Below, one piece after another: positions 38,641 through 47,817 of a stretch of 64,000 nucleotides of DNA. How positions within the stretch are numbered: position 1 is the stretch's first letter; each line of letters starts with the position of its first letter. The stretch comes from an uncultured Candidatus Peribacteria bacterium. GTDB lineage: Bacteria > Patescibacteriota > Gracilibacteria > UBA1369. The DNA lies in NCBI GenBank assembly GCA_964346765.1, contig CAYFWB010000004.1, positions 55,512 to 119,511 of the forward strand, given 5' to 3'. The notes under the pieces are model-generated. The model ran no database searches. It saw nothing but the letters and a program-made list of their open reading frames with translations, and had not been told where the DNA came from. Made by a program: the position numbers and the translations under genes.

Positions 38641-39282
38641 TTATTTTTCTTCTGATAAATATGTTTTTTCAAGTTTTGCGATAGCGTCTTTCATAAACAT
38701 TACGTGTCTGTATTTTTGAAGGTCGGCGATGTTCAGGTAGTTTACCAATATGATTTTTGCAAAAGGTACGTTTCTTGCGGATTTTTGTAGAGCCTCATTT
38801 TTTTCCGGAAGAACGACAAGTACGTCGTCGTTTACGGGAAGTTTATAAAGCATTTCCACAAAAGCTTTAGTCTTTGGTCCTTCGGTTTTATATTCTTCAA
38901 GAGCAAATATCTGGTCGTCTTTCAACTTGGCGGACAGCGCCGAAAAGAGAGCCACTCTTCTTTGTTTCTTGGGCATGTTTTTTTTGAAGTTTTTTTCGTT
39001 TCTTGGTCCGAACGCCACGCCACCACCCACATAGTGGGGATTTCTGATTGAACCCTGTCTGGCCCTGCCTGTACCTTTTTGCCTGAAAGGCTTGGCACCA
39101 CCACCTTTAACTTCGGCTTTGGTTTTGGTGTGAGCGATAGAAGCTACTCTGGCATTCGCCAGCTGACGCACCAGTGCTTGATGGATCAGATCTTTATGAA
39201 ACGTTACGCTAAAGATTTTGTCCGAGGCGGTTATGTCTCCTTTCTGTTCACCGTTCTGGTTGTATAATGCAATTTTAGCCAT
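38641..39282 (-). CDS. rplD: 50S ribosomal protein L4
   Basis: It has GGG.KP.RQKGTGRARQGS.R.P...GGGV.FGP. Confidence 0.95.
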   Translation of the reverse strand: MAKIALYNQNGEQKGDITASDKIFSVTFHKDLIHQALVRQLANARVASIAHTKTKAEVKGGGAKPFRQKGTGRARQGSIRNPHYVGGGVAFGPRNEKNFKKNMPKKQRRVALFSALSAKLKDDQIFALEEYKTEGPKTKAFVEMLYKLPVNDDVLVVLPEKNEALQKSARNVPFAKIILVNYLNIADLQKYRHVMFMKDAIAKLEKTYLSEEK

Positions 39283-39287
39283 TTTAG

Positions 39288-39872
39288 TTAAGATACTTTC
39301 GTAATAGTTAATACTGTTTTGTTTCCACCCGGCAGAGCGCCTTTGATTCCAATTAAATTATTCTTTTGGTCTATATATACCACCTGAGTTCTTGGAAGAG
39401 TAACTGTGTCGTGTCCCATTCTTCCGGGAAGTTTTTTTCCTCTCTGGATTCTGCCCGGAGCGGCACAAGCACCTACGGCTCCCGGCTGTCTTTTGTGGTG
39501 TGAACCGTGAGACATAGGACCGCGACCCATATTGTGTCTTTTAATAACACCCTGGAAACCTTTACCTTTGGATTTTCCGCTTACTTTCACAGTGTCTCCT
39601 TCATTAAAGAAGTCTATGCTTACAGAGTCTCCTTTTTTGGTTTCCGTATTCTCTTCGATTCTGAATTCTTTAAGGAAGTGGAATTTTTTATTCTTGGTAG
39701 TTTTATTTAACTTCGAAAGCCCCAGGACTATCGCCGGATATCCATCTTTTTCAACTGTCTTTACTTGTGTAACCTCATTGGGTTCGCACTGGACAACAGT
39801 GATTGGGATCACGCGACCATCGTCTTGAATGACTCTCGTCATACCTAGTTTTTTACCGATAATACCGGTCAT
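39288..39872 (-). CDS. rplC: 50S ribosomal protein L3
   Basis: The conserved start MTGIIGKKLGMTRV is at 39872. The track's upstream extension to 39968 (MLSGNCGPTATP...) has no L3 character. It also has KGKGFQGV.KRH motifs. Confidence 0.9.
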   Translation of the reverse strand: MTGIIGKKLGMTRVIQDDGRVIPITVVQCEPNEVTQVKTVEKDGYPAIVLGLSKLNKTTKNKKFHFLKEFRIEENTETKKGDSVSIDFFNEGDTVKVSGKSKGKGFQGVIKRHNMGRGPMSHGSHHKRQPGAVGACAAPGRIQRGKKLPGRMGHDTVTLPRTQVVYIDQKNNLIGIKGALPGGNKTVLTITKVS

Positions 39873-40006
39873 AGTAATGTAGAGGTTATATCCCGCTCTC
39901 AACAGAGAGGATTGGAAGTGAAGACCTTTTGACGGGGTTGCCGTCGGCCCGCAGTTCCCTGATAACATATAGATTTTTTGCGACTTTGCAAGTTTATTTA
40001 TCCTGC

Positions 40007-40348
40007 TTAGGCCGCTGCCTTGGCCGCCTGTTGTGCCAACATTTTAATTTCAATGTCGACTCCGGCGGGAAGGCTGAGGTTGGTCAGTGAGTCGACTGTC
40101 TTTGCTGTTGATTCAGTTATATCTATCAGTCTCACATGTGTTCTTATTTCATATTGTTCCCTGGAAGGTTTGTGAACAAACGTGGATCTGTTGATTGTAT
40201 GTTTTTCAATTTTGCTTGGCAGGGGAATCGGTCCGGCAACTATAGCGCCTGTTCGTTCTGTCGTGTCAATAATAAGCCTGGCCGAATCATCAACCACTTT
40301 ATGATCGTAAGCCTGAATTTTAATTCTTATTTTCTGCTTTGCTGACAT
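40007..40348 (-). CDS. rpsJ: 30S ribosomal protein S10
   Basis: It has QKIRIK..AYDH...D.S...I..T..RTGA...GP.PLP. Confidence 0.95.
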   Translation of the reverse strand: MSAKQKIRIKIQAYDHKVVDDSARLIIDTTERTGAIVAGPIPLPSKIEKHTINRSTFVHKPSREQYEIRTHVRLIDITESTAKTVDSLTNLSLPAGVDIEIKMLAQQAAKAAA

Positions 40349-40362
40349 GCTGTTTAAAGTGG

Positions 40363-41547
40363 TTATTCGATAATTTTTGCTACTACACCGGCTCCCACTG
40401 TTCTGCCACCTTCACGGATTGCGAATCTTGTACCTTGTTCCAGGGCAATAGGTGAACCCAGTTCAACTTTCATAACAATGTTGTCTCCTGGCATAACCAT
40501 TTCAACACCTTCGGGAAGTTCGACAGAACCTGTTACGTCCGTGGTCCTGATGTAGAACTGAGGTTTGTAACCTTTAAAGAACGGAGTGTGTCTACCGCCT
40601 TCTTCTTTATTCAGTACGTAAACTTCACCTTCGAATTTGGTATGAGGATTGATGGATCCCGGTTTACAACATACTTGCCCGCGTACAACATCATCTCTTT
40701 CAATACCTCTTAAAAGAAGTCCGACGTTGTCTCCGGCCTGTCCTTGATCGAGCATCTTCTTGAACATTTCAACACCCGTTACCACAACTTTTTTTGTGGG
40801 GTTAATACCGACGATTTCAACTTCGTCATTTACTTTAACCACACCCGTGTCGACTCTACCAGTCGCGACGGTACCTCTACCTTTAATAGAGAATACATCT
40901 TCAACGGGCATAAGGAACGGTTTGTCCAGATCTCTTTGAGGTTCGGGGAAGTAGCTGTCCAAAGCGTCAAGAAGCTCCTGAATGCACTTTGTGGCTTCAG
41001 GATCATCAGGTTTTTCAAGAGCTTTAAGAGCCGAACCTTTAATAACCGGAACTTCGTCTCCGGGGAATTCGTATTTTGTAAGAAGTTCACGCACTTCCAT
41101 TTCCGAAAGTTCGGCGATTTCAGGATCCGCCATGTCCATTTTATTTAGGAACACAACGATATTGGGCACGTTTACTTGATGAGCCAAAAGGATGTGTTCG
41201 CGAGTTTGAGGCATGGGGCCGTCCGCGGCGGATACAACCAGAATAGCGCCGTCCATCTGAGCGGCACCTGTAATCATGTTTTTAACGTAGTCGGCATGTC
41301 CCGGACAATCAACGTGAGCGTAGTGTCTTTTGTCTGTTTCGTATTCTTGATGAGAAGTGGCGATGGTAATACCTCTGGCCTTTTCTTCGGGAGCGTTGTC
41401 GATATCTTCAAATTTTCGTGCGCTGGCGGCTCCTTTTGTAGCACAATATTGCGTAATTGCTGCTGTTAATGTTGTTTTACCGTGGTCAACGTGGCCGATT
41501 GTGCCTACGTTTACGTGCGGTTTATTTCTTTCAAATACGTCTGCCAT
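40363..41547 (-). CDS. tuf: elongation factor Tu
   Basis: It has [18 protein letters not shown] and NKMD GTPase motifs in a 394-aa protein. Confidence 0.97.
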   Translation of the reverse strand: MADVFERNKPHVNVGTIGHVDHGKTTLTAAITQYCATKGAASARKFEDIDNAPEEKARGITIATSHQEYETDKRHYAHVDCPGHADYVKNMITGAAQMDGAILVVSAADGPMPQTREHILLAHQVNVPNIVVFLNKMDMADPEIAELSEMEVRELLTKYEFPGDEVPVIKGSALKALEKPDDPEATKCIQELLDALDSYFPEPQRDLDKPFLMPVEDVFSIKGRGTVATGRVDTGVVKVNDEVEIVGINPTKKVVVTGVEMFKKMLDQGQAGDNVGLLLRGIERDDVVRGQVCCKPGSINPHTKFEGEVYVLNKEEGGRHTPFFKGYKPQFYIRTTDVTGSVELPEGVEMVMPGDNIVMKVELGSPIALEQGTRFAIREGGRTVGAGVVAKIIE

Positions 41548-41656
41548 ATTTATTAGAGGTTAAAGATTTGTTTATTGGTAGTTAGGAGAAATGCTAAGTG
41601 ATACTATAGTATTTTTTTTTTGAGCACAAGAGTTTTTTAAGATTTTTCAAGTCGAT

Positions 41657-43723
41657 TTAAGCTCTTTCCGCTATGATTTTTTCGGCCACGTTGTTAGGCA
41701 CTTTTTCGTATTTGTCGAATTCCATGGAGTAAGCCGCTCTTCCTTGTGTCATCGAGCGAAGGTCGGTGGCGTATCCGAACATTTCGGAAAGTGGTACATA
41801 AGCGTGGATAGCTTTGGCCATTCCGCGATCCGTTGTTTCATAGATCTGACCTCTTTTTGAATTAAGATTACCCATGACGTCTCCAAAGAATTCTTCGGGA
41901 GTGGTTACTTCAACTTTCATGATCGGTTCAAGTAGTACGGGGCCGGCGTTTTTGGCTCCTTTCTGAAAGGCGAGTGATCCGGCGACTTTAAACGCAAGTT
42001 CGGACGAGTCAACGTCGTGGTAGGATCCGTCGTACAGTTCGACCGATAGATCTACAATCGGGTATCCTGCAACGATACCCCTGGTCATAGCTTCTTGAAT
42101 ACCTTTGTCAACCGCGGGAATATATTCTTTTGGAATTTTGCCTCCAACGATTTTGTCGACAAATTCATAACCTTTGCCCGGTTCGTTGGGAGTGATTTTA
42201 ATGAGTACATGTCCGTATTGACCACGACCACCCGATTGTTTGGCGTATTTTTCTTCGGCTTTGACTTCGTTTTGAACGGTTTCTCTGTAGGCGACCTGCG
42301 GACGGCCGATGTTGGCTTCCACTTTGAATTCACGTTTCATACGGTCGACGATGATATCTAGGTGAAGTTCTCCCATACCCGAAATAAGTGTTTGGCTTGT
42401 TTCTTCATCCGATTGGACGCGGAAAGTCGGATCTTCTTCGGCAAGTTTTTGCAGGGCGATACCCATTTTTTCTTGGTCGGCTTTGGTCTTTGGTTCAATC
42501 GCGATCTGGATAACCGGTTCCGGGAAGGTGATCGATTCAAGAATGATCGGATGTTTTTCGTCGCAAAGTGTTTGACCTGTTCTGGCTTCTTTAAGACCTA
42601 CGACAGCGGCAATACCACCGGCTTTAAGTTGTTTGATTTCTTTTCTGGAGTTGGCGTGCATTTGCAGTAAACGGCTGATTCTTTCTTTGTTACCGGTTGA
42701 TGAATTTAAAACATAACTTCCCGAGTCGAGTTTGCCGGAATAAACGCGGAAAAAGGCAAGTTTACCAACAAAAGGATCGGACATCACTTTAAAGATAAGC
42801 GCTGAGAAAGGAGCGTTTTCATCCGACGGTCTATCTTCTTCTTGTTCTGTGTCGGGGTTGATGCCTGTAATAGGAGGTACATCCAGCGGTGAAGGGAGGT
42901 AAACGTTTACCGCATCGAGCATTTGCTGAATACCTTTGTTGGCGAGAGCGCTTCCGCAAAGTACGGGATAAAGTTGTACATTAATGACCGCTTTTCTAAG
43001 CGCGGTATTTAGTTCTTCGATTGAAATTTCTTCTCCGTTTAAGTATTTGTCAATAAGTTTGTCATCGGTTTCGGCGATTTTTTCCACAAGAGTGTTTCTG
43101 TATTCTTCAACTTGATCTTTCATGTGTTCCGGGATTTCGATCTCTTTGATAATTTCACCGAATTTTCCATCATGTGTGTAGGCTTTTTTTTCAATTAAAT
43201 CGATTAGTCCGCCGAATTCGTTTTCGGCTCCGATCGGGAGTTGAATTGCGACGGCTTCGGGGGCAAGTCTGTCATGAATCGATTTAAGACTCATAAAAAA
43301 GTCGGCGCCGATTTTATCCATCTTGTTGATAAATCCCATTCGTGGAACTTTGTATTTGTCGGCCTGTCTCCATACTGTTTCGGATTGAGGTTCTACACCC
43401 TGTGAACCGTCGAAGACAACAACACCTCCGTCGAGAACTCTAAGCGACCTTTCCACTTCGGCGGTAAAGTCCACGTGTCCGGGAGTGTCGATAATATTAT
43501 AGGTGCAATCTTTCCATTCACATGTGGTGGCGGCCGAGGTGATGGTGATTCCTCTTTCTCTTTCTTGTTCCATCCAGTCCATGGTCGCGGCGCCTTCATG
43601 CACTTCACCTATTTTATAGTTGATACCTGTGTAGAAAAGTACACGTTCCGTTGTAGTGGTTTTACCGGCGTCAATGTGTGCGATAATACCGAAATTTCTT
43701 AATTTTTTGAGGTCTTCTGACAT
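41657..43723 (-). CDS. fusA: elongation factor G
   Basis: It has [17 protein letters not shown] and NKMD motifs in a 688-aa protein. Confidence 0.97.
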   Translation of the reverse strand: MSEDLKKLRNFGIIAHIDAGKTTTTERVLFYTGINYKIGEVHEGAATMDWMEQERERGITITSAATTCEWKDCTYNIIDTPGHVDFTAEVERSLRVLDGGVVVFDGSQGVEPQSETVWRQADKYKVPRMGFINKMDKIGADFFMSLKSIHDRLAPEAVAIQLPIGAENEFGGLIDLIEKKAYTHDGKFGEIIKEIEIPEHMKDQVEEYRNTLVEKIAETDDKLIDKYLNGEEISIEELNTALRKAVINVQLYPVLCGSALANKGIQQMLDAVNVYLPSPLDVPPITGINPDTEQEEDRPSDENAPFSALIFKVMSDPFVGKLAFFRVYSGKLDSGSYVLNSSTGNKERISRLLQMHANSRKEIKQLKAGGIAAVVGLKEARTGQTLCDEKHPIILESITFPEPVIQIAIEPKTKADQEKMGIALQKLAEEDPTFRVQSDEETSQTLISGMGELHLDIIVDRMKREFKVEANIGRPQVAYRETVQNEVKAEEKYAKQSGGRGQYGHVLIKITPNEPGKGYEFVDKIVGGKIPKEYIPAVDKGIQEAMTRGIVAGYPIVDLSVELYDGSYHDVDSSELAFKVAGSLAFQKGAKNAGPVLLEPIMKVEVTTPEEFFGDVMGNLNSKRGQIYETTDRGMAKAIHAYVPLSEMFGYATDLRSMTQGRAAYSMEFDKYEKVPNNVAEKIIAERA

Positions 43724-43933
43724 TTTAAAAAGGGGTGAAACTAATAATATGTTTTAAGAAAGCCCTCGATGTGACGCCGTAATAAAGAGCGTTTGAGGGC
43801 TTTGGTATTATATTGGGTCATTATTTAAAGTCAAGCGAGAAGGCCGTATGTTTTATATTTTTATTGATTGTTATTATAGAATGAATGACCCGCCTTTAAT
43901 TAAGTAGGGTCAAAAAGTGAAAAATGATTATAT

Positions 43934-44257
43934 TTAGGCGTGTTGGTTAAGGACGTCTTCCAAGACAGGTTGAGTTTGAACGCCCACCATTTTGTGCACG
44001 GGTTCGCCGTTTTTGAAGACCAGAAGAGTGGGGAGGCTCATAACTCCGTATTTCATGGCGGTCATGCTGGATTCTTCGGTGTCCAATTTGCCGACATCGG
44101 CTTTTTCGCCTATTGATTCGGCAAGTTTGTCTATTATGGGTGCCTGCATCATGCAGGGGCCGCACCATCCGGCGAAGAAATCCACCAGTACGGGTTTTTG
44201 TTTTGATGCTTCTATTACATCCCGTTGAAAGTTTGAATTCGTGAAATGTTTAGTCAT
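43934..44257 (-). CDS. trxA: thioredoxin
   Basis: 107 aa with the WCGPC active site. Confidence 0.9.
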   Translation of the reverse strand: MTKHFTNSNFQRDVIEASKQKPVLVDFFAGWCGPCMMQAPIIDKLAESIGEKADVGKLDTEESSMTAMKYGVMSLPTLLVFKNGEPVHKMVGVQTQPVLEDVLNQHA

Positions 44258-44278
44258 AATAATAAGGTTAAAAAATTG

Positions 44279-44527
44279 TTAATTGATGCAGGTGAGTTCT
44301 TTGAAGAATTTGTGGCAGGTTTCTTGTTTGGATGCTTTGTCTTTGCACTTGTCGATGCATTCGGTGAACTGCGCTTCAAGGAATCTGTTCATAAGTGTGT
44401 TGAAAGAAGATTTCGCGGCTTTCATTTGAGTCAGTACTTCAAAGCAGTTTCTTTCGGCGGCCATCATATCTTTGAGTCCGTTCAATTGTCCGATAATGTT
44501 ATTGATAAGTTGTTGATCGTTCTTCAT
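44279..44527 (-). CDS. CsoR/RcnR/CstR-family (DUF156) transcriptional repressor
   Basis: 82 aa with the pattern INNIIGQL.G...M......C.EVLTQ..A..S....L......EAQFTEC. Cys is present at both conserved positions, but Gln replaces the usual His. Confidence 0.75.
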   Translation of the reverse strand: MKNDQQLINNIIGQLNGLKDMMAAERNCFEVLTQMKAAKSSFNTLMNRFLEAQFTECIDKCKDKASKQETCHKFFKELTCIN

Positions 44528-45672
44528 GCTTGTTTAAAATGTTTATAGAGTAGTGAAAAGAACATCACGACAGTTATTATAAAAGTGATGATGATAGTGA
44601 AGTATAGGAAGGGGGTTGGAATGAAGGCGGCGTAAACAAAACTGCCAAGGACGGCGAAGGCGACAAGCGGACAGATGAGTCCCCATTGTGAGGGATAGAA
44701 TTCTTTGAAGAAATCTTTTTTAAGGTATTCGCTTAAAAGACTCAGGCCAAACAGCATGTACCAGATTTCAAAGGCAAAGAAGGTTGTGGTTACTATTAAA
44801 AAGTAAGCGCCCATTTCGGCGTTTTGATGCTGTTCAAGGTAGTGGCCGAAGCGGAAGAAACTGATTGCGTATAATGTGAGGTTTGGTACTACAATTAAGA
44901 AGCTTGGTAGGAACTGTTTTTCCGGCAGGCCGCGCATGGCAAAGTGGCTTTTAAAAAGGGAGACCAGTTTTACTGTGAGTAAAAATAGTCCCATTGATCC
45001 GCTGATTAATGACATGAAGGCGGCGGTGTGGGCGATTTCGGGGTTTTTTGCCAGGGCGGCGATTCCGGTGCCGGTTACCGTTACCATGCCCAGGGCGAAA
45101 GGGTGCAGTAGCCAGCCAAAGTGGATTTTGCTGACGTCGAATTCATTGGTGAATGAGATTGTGAGCAGTTTTATTTCGGTCCAAAGAAGTGCGATCCAGA
45201 TGACACTCCATCCGATTAAGGCCGGAAGCATGAATGATTGCAGGTTATCCGCGATTTGGGGGATGAAGTACCTTACAGGGCCAATAAAAACGTTCATGGT
45301 CATGGTGATTGAAATGAACGGAGCCAGAATGGCGGAGTTTTTTAAAGGGTCCTGGATGAATTCGTGAAAGGCGCGTTTGTTTTTAATCCAGATTAGAAGT
45401 TGGATTAAAAAAAATGCGGTCAGAATAATGTGGATAGCCGTGAAAAGGATCATGGAAATTTCCGCGCCGCGGAAAAGGAAGAACTGCCAGAGCGAGGCGC
45501 CGACGTACGGCATTTGGGACTGGGTGATTAAGCCGGCGGCGTGGGAGACGGAGTAGTTGAAGAAGGCAAAGGGCACTACGGCTATGCCGCCGGCGCCGAG
45601 CGACGCAAGGAAGTACAGCGGCGTAAATTTTTTCATGATTAACTGAGTTATGTTTTTTGAGTATGATTCCAA
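44524..45672 (-). CDS. polytopic membrane protein (possible TDT/TehA-like transporter)
   Basis: About 10 TM segments, overlapping the repressor gene by 4 nt. The track start is a TTG. The ATG at 45636 (MKKFTPLYF) is an alternative start. Confidence 0.5.
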   Translation of the reverse strand: MESYSKNITQLIMKKFTPLYFLASLGAGGIAVVPFAFFNYSVSHAAGLITQSQMPYVGASLWQFFLFRGAEISMILFTAIHIILTAFFLIQLLIWIKNKRAFHEFIQDPLKNSAILAPFISITMTMNVFIGPVRYFIPQIADNLQSFMLPALIGWSVIWIALLWTEIKLLTISFTNEFDVSKIHFGWLLHPFALGMVTVTGTGIAALAKNPEIAHTAAFMSLISGSMGLFLLTVKLVSLFKSHFAMRGLPEKQFLPSFLIVVPNLTLYAISFFRFGHYLEQHQNAEMGAYFLIVTTTFFAFEIWYMLFGLSLLSEYLKKDFFKEFYPSQWGLICPLVAFAVLGSFVYAAFIPTPFLYFTIIITFIITVVMFFSLLYKHFKQA

Positions 45673-45680
45673 AATAGTAT

Positions 45681-45697
45681 ATACCCCTAGGGGGTGT
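45681..45697. promoter_or_regulatory. CsoR-family-type operator (C-tract/G-tract pseudo-palindrome)
   Basis: ATACCCCTAGGGGGTGT lies directly upstream of the membrane-protein/repressor/trx operon. It has the AT-flanked C4-N2-G5 architecture typical of CsoR/CstR operators. Confidence 0.55.
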
Positions 45698-45705
45698 CAA
45701 TGGTT

Positions 45706-45727
45706 GGCGGCGAAAATTTTCGCCGTC
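45706..45727. repeat. GC-clamped palindrome GGCGAAAATTTTCGCC
   Basis: There is a perfect 16-nt palindrome at 45709-45724, extendable to 45706-45727. It lies in the roughly 400-bp divergent intergenic region. Confidence 0.8.
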
Positions 45728-46069
45728 TTTGTTCGCAGTTTTCATTTATTAATTTGAAAATTCGTTTTAGGTTCCGTTTTTACAAGCAATTTTTGAATCT
45801 TTTTCTTTTTTATCTTGAGTAGCACTCCTTAATAATTTATGCTTGGTGAATTCGCTGAAATAGAGTTTATTATTGTTTTGAATAAAGCTCTTCCAATAGT
45901 TTTTGTGTTTGCTTGGCAAGGTCGCTTTGTGTGTTTTGTAAATTACTGTAAATGCATGTGTCTAAAAGTACATGCGTATCCTGTGACTGGCATTTTTTCT
46001 ACTTGAATTATAGCGGAATTGGTATGATTGTATAGAAAAGATGTTAAATATTTCTAAACTAAATTTAAA

Positions 46070-47134
46070 ATGTTTAAAAAGTTGTGTGGGCTTTGTTTGG
46101 CCGTGTTAATGCCGGGGATGGTTTTTGCCGAGGTGCAGCCGCCGTTTCCGGACGTACCAGTGGATCATCAATATGTAGAAGCTATCGGTTATCTTTATGA
46201 CAATGATATTGTGAGCGGTTATCCGGATGGGACTTTTAAACCGGACGCGCAAATCAACCGCGCGGAGTTTTTGAAAATTCTGGTGGGGAGCGGGAACGAG
46301 GGATTGGCGTATGCCGATGAGCTGGAGTCTCCTCAATCCGACTGTTTTACGGATGTGGGTTCGGAGTGGTTTGCGGCTTATGTGTGCGCGGGGAAGGCTT
46401 TCGGTTGGGTGGATGGGTATCCCGACGGCAGTTATAAACCGGAGCAGACGGTAAACAAGGTAGAGGCTATTAAAATGGTTTTAAACGCCAAGGAACTGGC
46501 CGATTTGCCGGATCCTTCCACTATCACGGTTAAACCTTATGACGATGTTCCTCTGGGCGAGTGGTACACGCCTTATGTGATGCGGGTCAAGGAGCTTGGA
46601 ATTCTGGAAGAGACGGGCGGAAACCTGAATCCAGGGGCGAACATGTCGCGGGCGGGGATTTCGGAAATGATGTACAGGAGTGAGTTTGTGGTGACGCCGG
46701 AGCCGGGCTTTGTTATTGATCTTGAGATGGCTATGGTAACGCGTGTGGTGGACGGTGATACTTTGGAGGTGGATCTGGACGGGGTGACGGAAAAGGTGCG
46801 TTTGCTGGGAATTGATACACCGGAATTTTCCAGCAGTGACTGTTATGCGCAGGAAGCGACGGATTACATAGAAGGGCTGGTTTTGGGGAAAGAAGTCGCA
46901 CTAAAGGCAGACGCTTTAAATGTCGACAGGGACAGATATGACCGTTTGCTCCGTTATGTGGAGCTTGACGGTCTGGATATCAACAAGAAGATGATTCGCG
47001 ACGGGTACGCTTTATATTACGATACCTATGATGTATTAAGGGGCGCGGAATATGCCGAAGCCCAGCTGGCCGCGCAGACCGAAGTCTTGGGTTTGTGGGG
47101 GGATTGCCAGGGGGCGGAGGAGCCGGGCTTATAA
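46070..47134 (+). CDS. secreted SLH-domain protein fused to a thermonuclease (SNase-like) domain
   Basis: It has a signal peptide and SLH repeats (FPDVP...GYPDGTFKPD..INRAE). The C-terminal part has VVDGDTLEV...VRLLGIDTPE, YDRLLRYVELDG and GLWG, typical of staphylococcal-nuclease homologues. Confidence 0.8.
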   Translation: MFKKLCGLCLAVLMPGMVFAEVQPPFPDVPVDHQYVEAIGYLYDNDIVSGYPDGTFKPDAQINRAEFLKILVGSGNEGLAYADELESPQSDCFTDVGSEWFAAYVCAGKAFGWVDGYPDGSYKPEQTVNKVEAIKMVLNAKELADLPDPSTITVKPYDDVPLGEWYTPYVMRVKELGILEETGGNLNPGANMSRAGISEMMYRSEFVVTPEPGFVIDLEMAMVTRVVDGDTLEVDLDGVTEKVRLLGIDTPEFSSSDCYAQEATDYIEGLVLGKEVALKADALNVDRDRYDRLLRYVELDGLDINKKMIRDGYALYYDTYDVLRGAEYAEAQLAAQTEVLGLWGDCQGAEEPGL

Positions 47135-47190
47135 ACCAGTTGAATATAGGTTGGGCGCGATATTCCGAGTTTTTTCGCCGGATGCGCGGC

Positions 47191-47496
47191 TTTTTTGCGT
47201 TTGTGGTCAACCAGAATCGGCGCGACATGAACTACGGAATGGCCGGCTTCATTCAGATATGAAGTAAGTCTTTGACCAAAACCCTGGCAATCTTCCAGAC
47301 CGATACGCGGTGAAAGGTTTGCCACTTTTGCCACTAATCTGACTTTTCCGGCCAACTCCTCAAAATTTTGAGGATAATTACCAACAGTGAGCTCAAACAG
47401 TTTTTCTCCGAATGGAGAAAGGCCAACTGCCGTATGTGTGTCCTTGTGGACATCGACGCCTACAAAGAGCGTCTTTGCTTTTTCACAGGTTTGCAT
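47191..47496 (-). pseudogene. IS110-family transposase, N-terminal DEDD domain only
   Basis: From the ATG at 47496 the frame reads MQTCEKAKTLFVGVDVHKDTHTAV...IGLEDCQGFGQRLTSYLNEAGHSVVHVAPILV, matching the first Asp and Glu contexts of IS110 RuvC-like domains. Recognisable similarity ends near 47195, and the rest of track ORF 47026..47556 merely reads through the nuclease gene 3' end. Confidence 0.6.
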
Positions 47497-47817
47497 GTGA
47501 AATGGAGTTAAAGAATATGCTTTGCGCGACGGCTGAATTCCCGGTATACGAGTCATATCCCTTGCGTGCGACTATCCGCTATATGTTCATATCCGAAACA
47601 CGGAGGCGGTATGCTACAATCCCTCATGAGTCGTTTTCATCAATTGAAGAGCGACAGGAACAAAAAACGAAATATCATACCGCCTCCACTTGAGATGAAT
47701 GACAGGGCAAGGGTGTGAAATGTCATACTACCTCCATAGACTTTACACTAAAAGTCCGAGACGATTCTCTCATACTGGGGACAAAAAGGGTGAATGCCCG
47801 AAGCCCAAAACACCTTA
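47497..47817 (-). ncRNA. candidate structured RNA in the IS110 5' non-coding end (bridge-RNA-like position)
   Basis: Nested stems are visible: GGAGGCGGTATG (47602-47613) with CATACCGCCTCC (47676-47687), enclosing TCGTTTT (47631-47637) with AAAACGA (47664-47670). A further hairpin pairs GACTTT with AAAGTC (47739-47756). CATACTACCTCC (47724-47735) is a near-copy of the 3' arm. Confidence 0.3.

Larger units (their letters stand above)
47191..47817 (-). mobile_element. IS110-family insertion sequence remnant (5' non-coding end plus truncated transposase)
   Basis: See the pseudogene and ncRNA entries for this element. It is only about 0.63 kb long, wedged between the nuclease gene and the hsdS stop. 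Confidence 0.6.

Noticed and set aside
39873-39968. The N-terminal extension of L3 (MLSGNCGPTATPSKGLHFQSSLLRAGYNLYIT).
   Set aside because: It has no resemblance to L3 N-termini, whereas the canonical MTGIIGKKLGMTRV start follows it. It is treated as non-coding spacer.
47170-47212. An intrinsic terminator for the SNase gene (GCCG-GATGCG-CGGC plus T6).
   Set aside because: The stem is only 4 bp. It may mark where IS110 homology ends but is too weak to annotate.
47026-47556. The full 176-aa track ORF taken as an intact gene.
   Set aside because: Only the middle part (from M21, nt 47496, to about 47195) looks like an IS110 DEDD domain. The 3' part merely reads antisense through the well-supported SNase gene end, and the 5' 20 codons precede the conserved start.
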